From assembly GCA_013334965.1 (NCBI GenBank), contig JAAXWO010000010.1:22522-86521 (forward strand): a DNA stretch of 64,000 bases. The letters are read 5' to 3'. This DNA comes from Chlorobiaceae bacterium (GTDB lineage Bacteria > Bacteroidota > Chlorobiia > Chlorobiales > Chlorobiaceae). Both the position numbers and the translations under genes were made by a program. Under the pieces are notes generated by a model. It saw nothing but the letters and a program-made list of their open reading frames with translations. It did no database searches and was not told the origin of the DNA. Positions 63,330 to 64,000 of this stretch are shown one piece after another (position 1 is the first letter of the stretch; each line of letters starts with the position of its first letter).

Positions 63330-63637
63330 GACGTGACACGCGAGAAGACGTGACTCGTGACGCGTGACATGCGAGAAGACGTGACGCGTGACACGCGAGG
63401 AGACGTGACGCGTGACGCGTGACATGCGAGAAGACGTGACGCGTGACGCGTGACACGCGAGGAGACGTGACGCGTGACGCGTGACATGCGAGAAGACGTG
63501 ACACGTGACGCGTGACATGCGAGAAGACGTGACTCGTGACGCGTGACGCGTGACACGAGGACGGGAGGGACGCGACGCTTGACGAGAGTTACGAGTTACG
63601 CGTTACGTGTCACGCGTTACGTGTCACGCGTCACGTC
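63330..63637. repeat. Nested NCGTGAC heptamer array with inverted tail
   Basis: Super-units GA(CGTGACN)n-A(C/T)GCGAG(A/G)A, then inverted GTCACG/GTTACG units at about 63588-63637. Confidence 0.9.
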
Positions 63638-63717
63638 CTAACGAGTTATAATTCTCGCTTTTTTCTCGTATCTTCAGGGTTTGAAACATATTGTCAATCA
63701 GGAACAGAACCACTATC

Positions 63718-64000
63718 ATGAGCTTCAAGGAAAGAATAGACCAGGAAATGAAAGATGCGCTGAAAAGCGGCGATAAAAACCGTCTCAACACGATCAGATC
63801 GATTCGTGCGGCCTTTCTCGAAAAAGAGGTCTCCATCAGGGTTGGAGGTGTGGGCGCACTCAATGACGACCAGGAGCTTGAAGTTCTGGTCAGCCTTGCG
63901 AAAAAACGCCGGGACGCCATTGAACAGTTTAATGCCGGAAACCGCCCTGATCTTGCTGAAACTGAAGCCATTGAGCTGAAAGTGATCGAAGAATACCTGC
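63718..64000 (+). CDS. GatB/YqeY-domain protein (partial, runs off window)
   Basis: MSFKERIDQEMKDALKSGDK.RL.TIR...K.RRDAIEQF..GNR.DLAE.E. Confidence 0.9.
   Translation, partial: MSFKERIDQEMKDALKSGDKNRLNTIRSIRAAFLEKEVSIRVGGVGALNDDQELEVLVSLAKKRRDAIEQFNAGNRPDLAETEAIELKVIEEYL

Noticed and set aside
63201-63556. HASRVT-repeat ORFs, and the array as a CRISPR
   Set aside because: Translations of the heptamer array. There are no unique spacers and no cas genes.

Overview
Chromosomal window from a green sulfur bacterium (Chlorobiaceae), identified by csmX/csmJ, crtH and a Chlorobium-type sepiapterin reductase. Host genes run mfd-csmX-csmJ-ald-J-domain-crtH on the left. On the right they run ECF sigma/anti-sigma-arsR-hsp20-dnaK, the tol-pal cluster, the ilv/leu/cimA operon, radC, csp and an SDR. 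A precisely bounded 24.4-kb integrated element (11157-35530) sits between crtH and the ECF sigma gene, with a 15-bp direct-repeat att core GATATATTTTTTATA and arm-like repeats at both ends. It encodes a tyrosine integrase, repressor/excisionase, ERF, RusA, a replication initiator, TerS, scaffold, major capsid, head adaptor, holin, TerL and portal. I see no recognisable tail or endolysin genes, so it looks like a head-only, satellite-like (cf-PICI-like) element. Cargo includes a C5-methylase/restriction endonuclease/Vsr cassette, a lipoprotein, a secreted SNase and a stand-alone SLOG/DprA-like gene. Two GC-rich, apparently non-coding tracts (about 19.6-21.8 kb and 34.5-35.4 kb) are densely and strand-specifically packed with GC-GNA-GC mini-hairpin motifs. 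One begins with a long hairpin that looks like a single-stranded-DNA (Frpo-type) promoter for the SLOG gene. Other oddities are a 1187-aa repeat-expanded CpoB/YbgF, a second copy of the replication-origin iterons ahead of the capsid operon, a Val/Ile/Leu-rich leader peptide before ilvD, and two heptamer repeat arrays. All family assignments come from motif recognition, not database searches.
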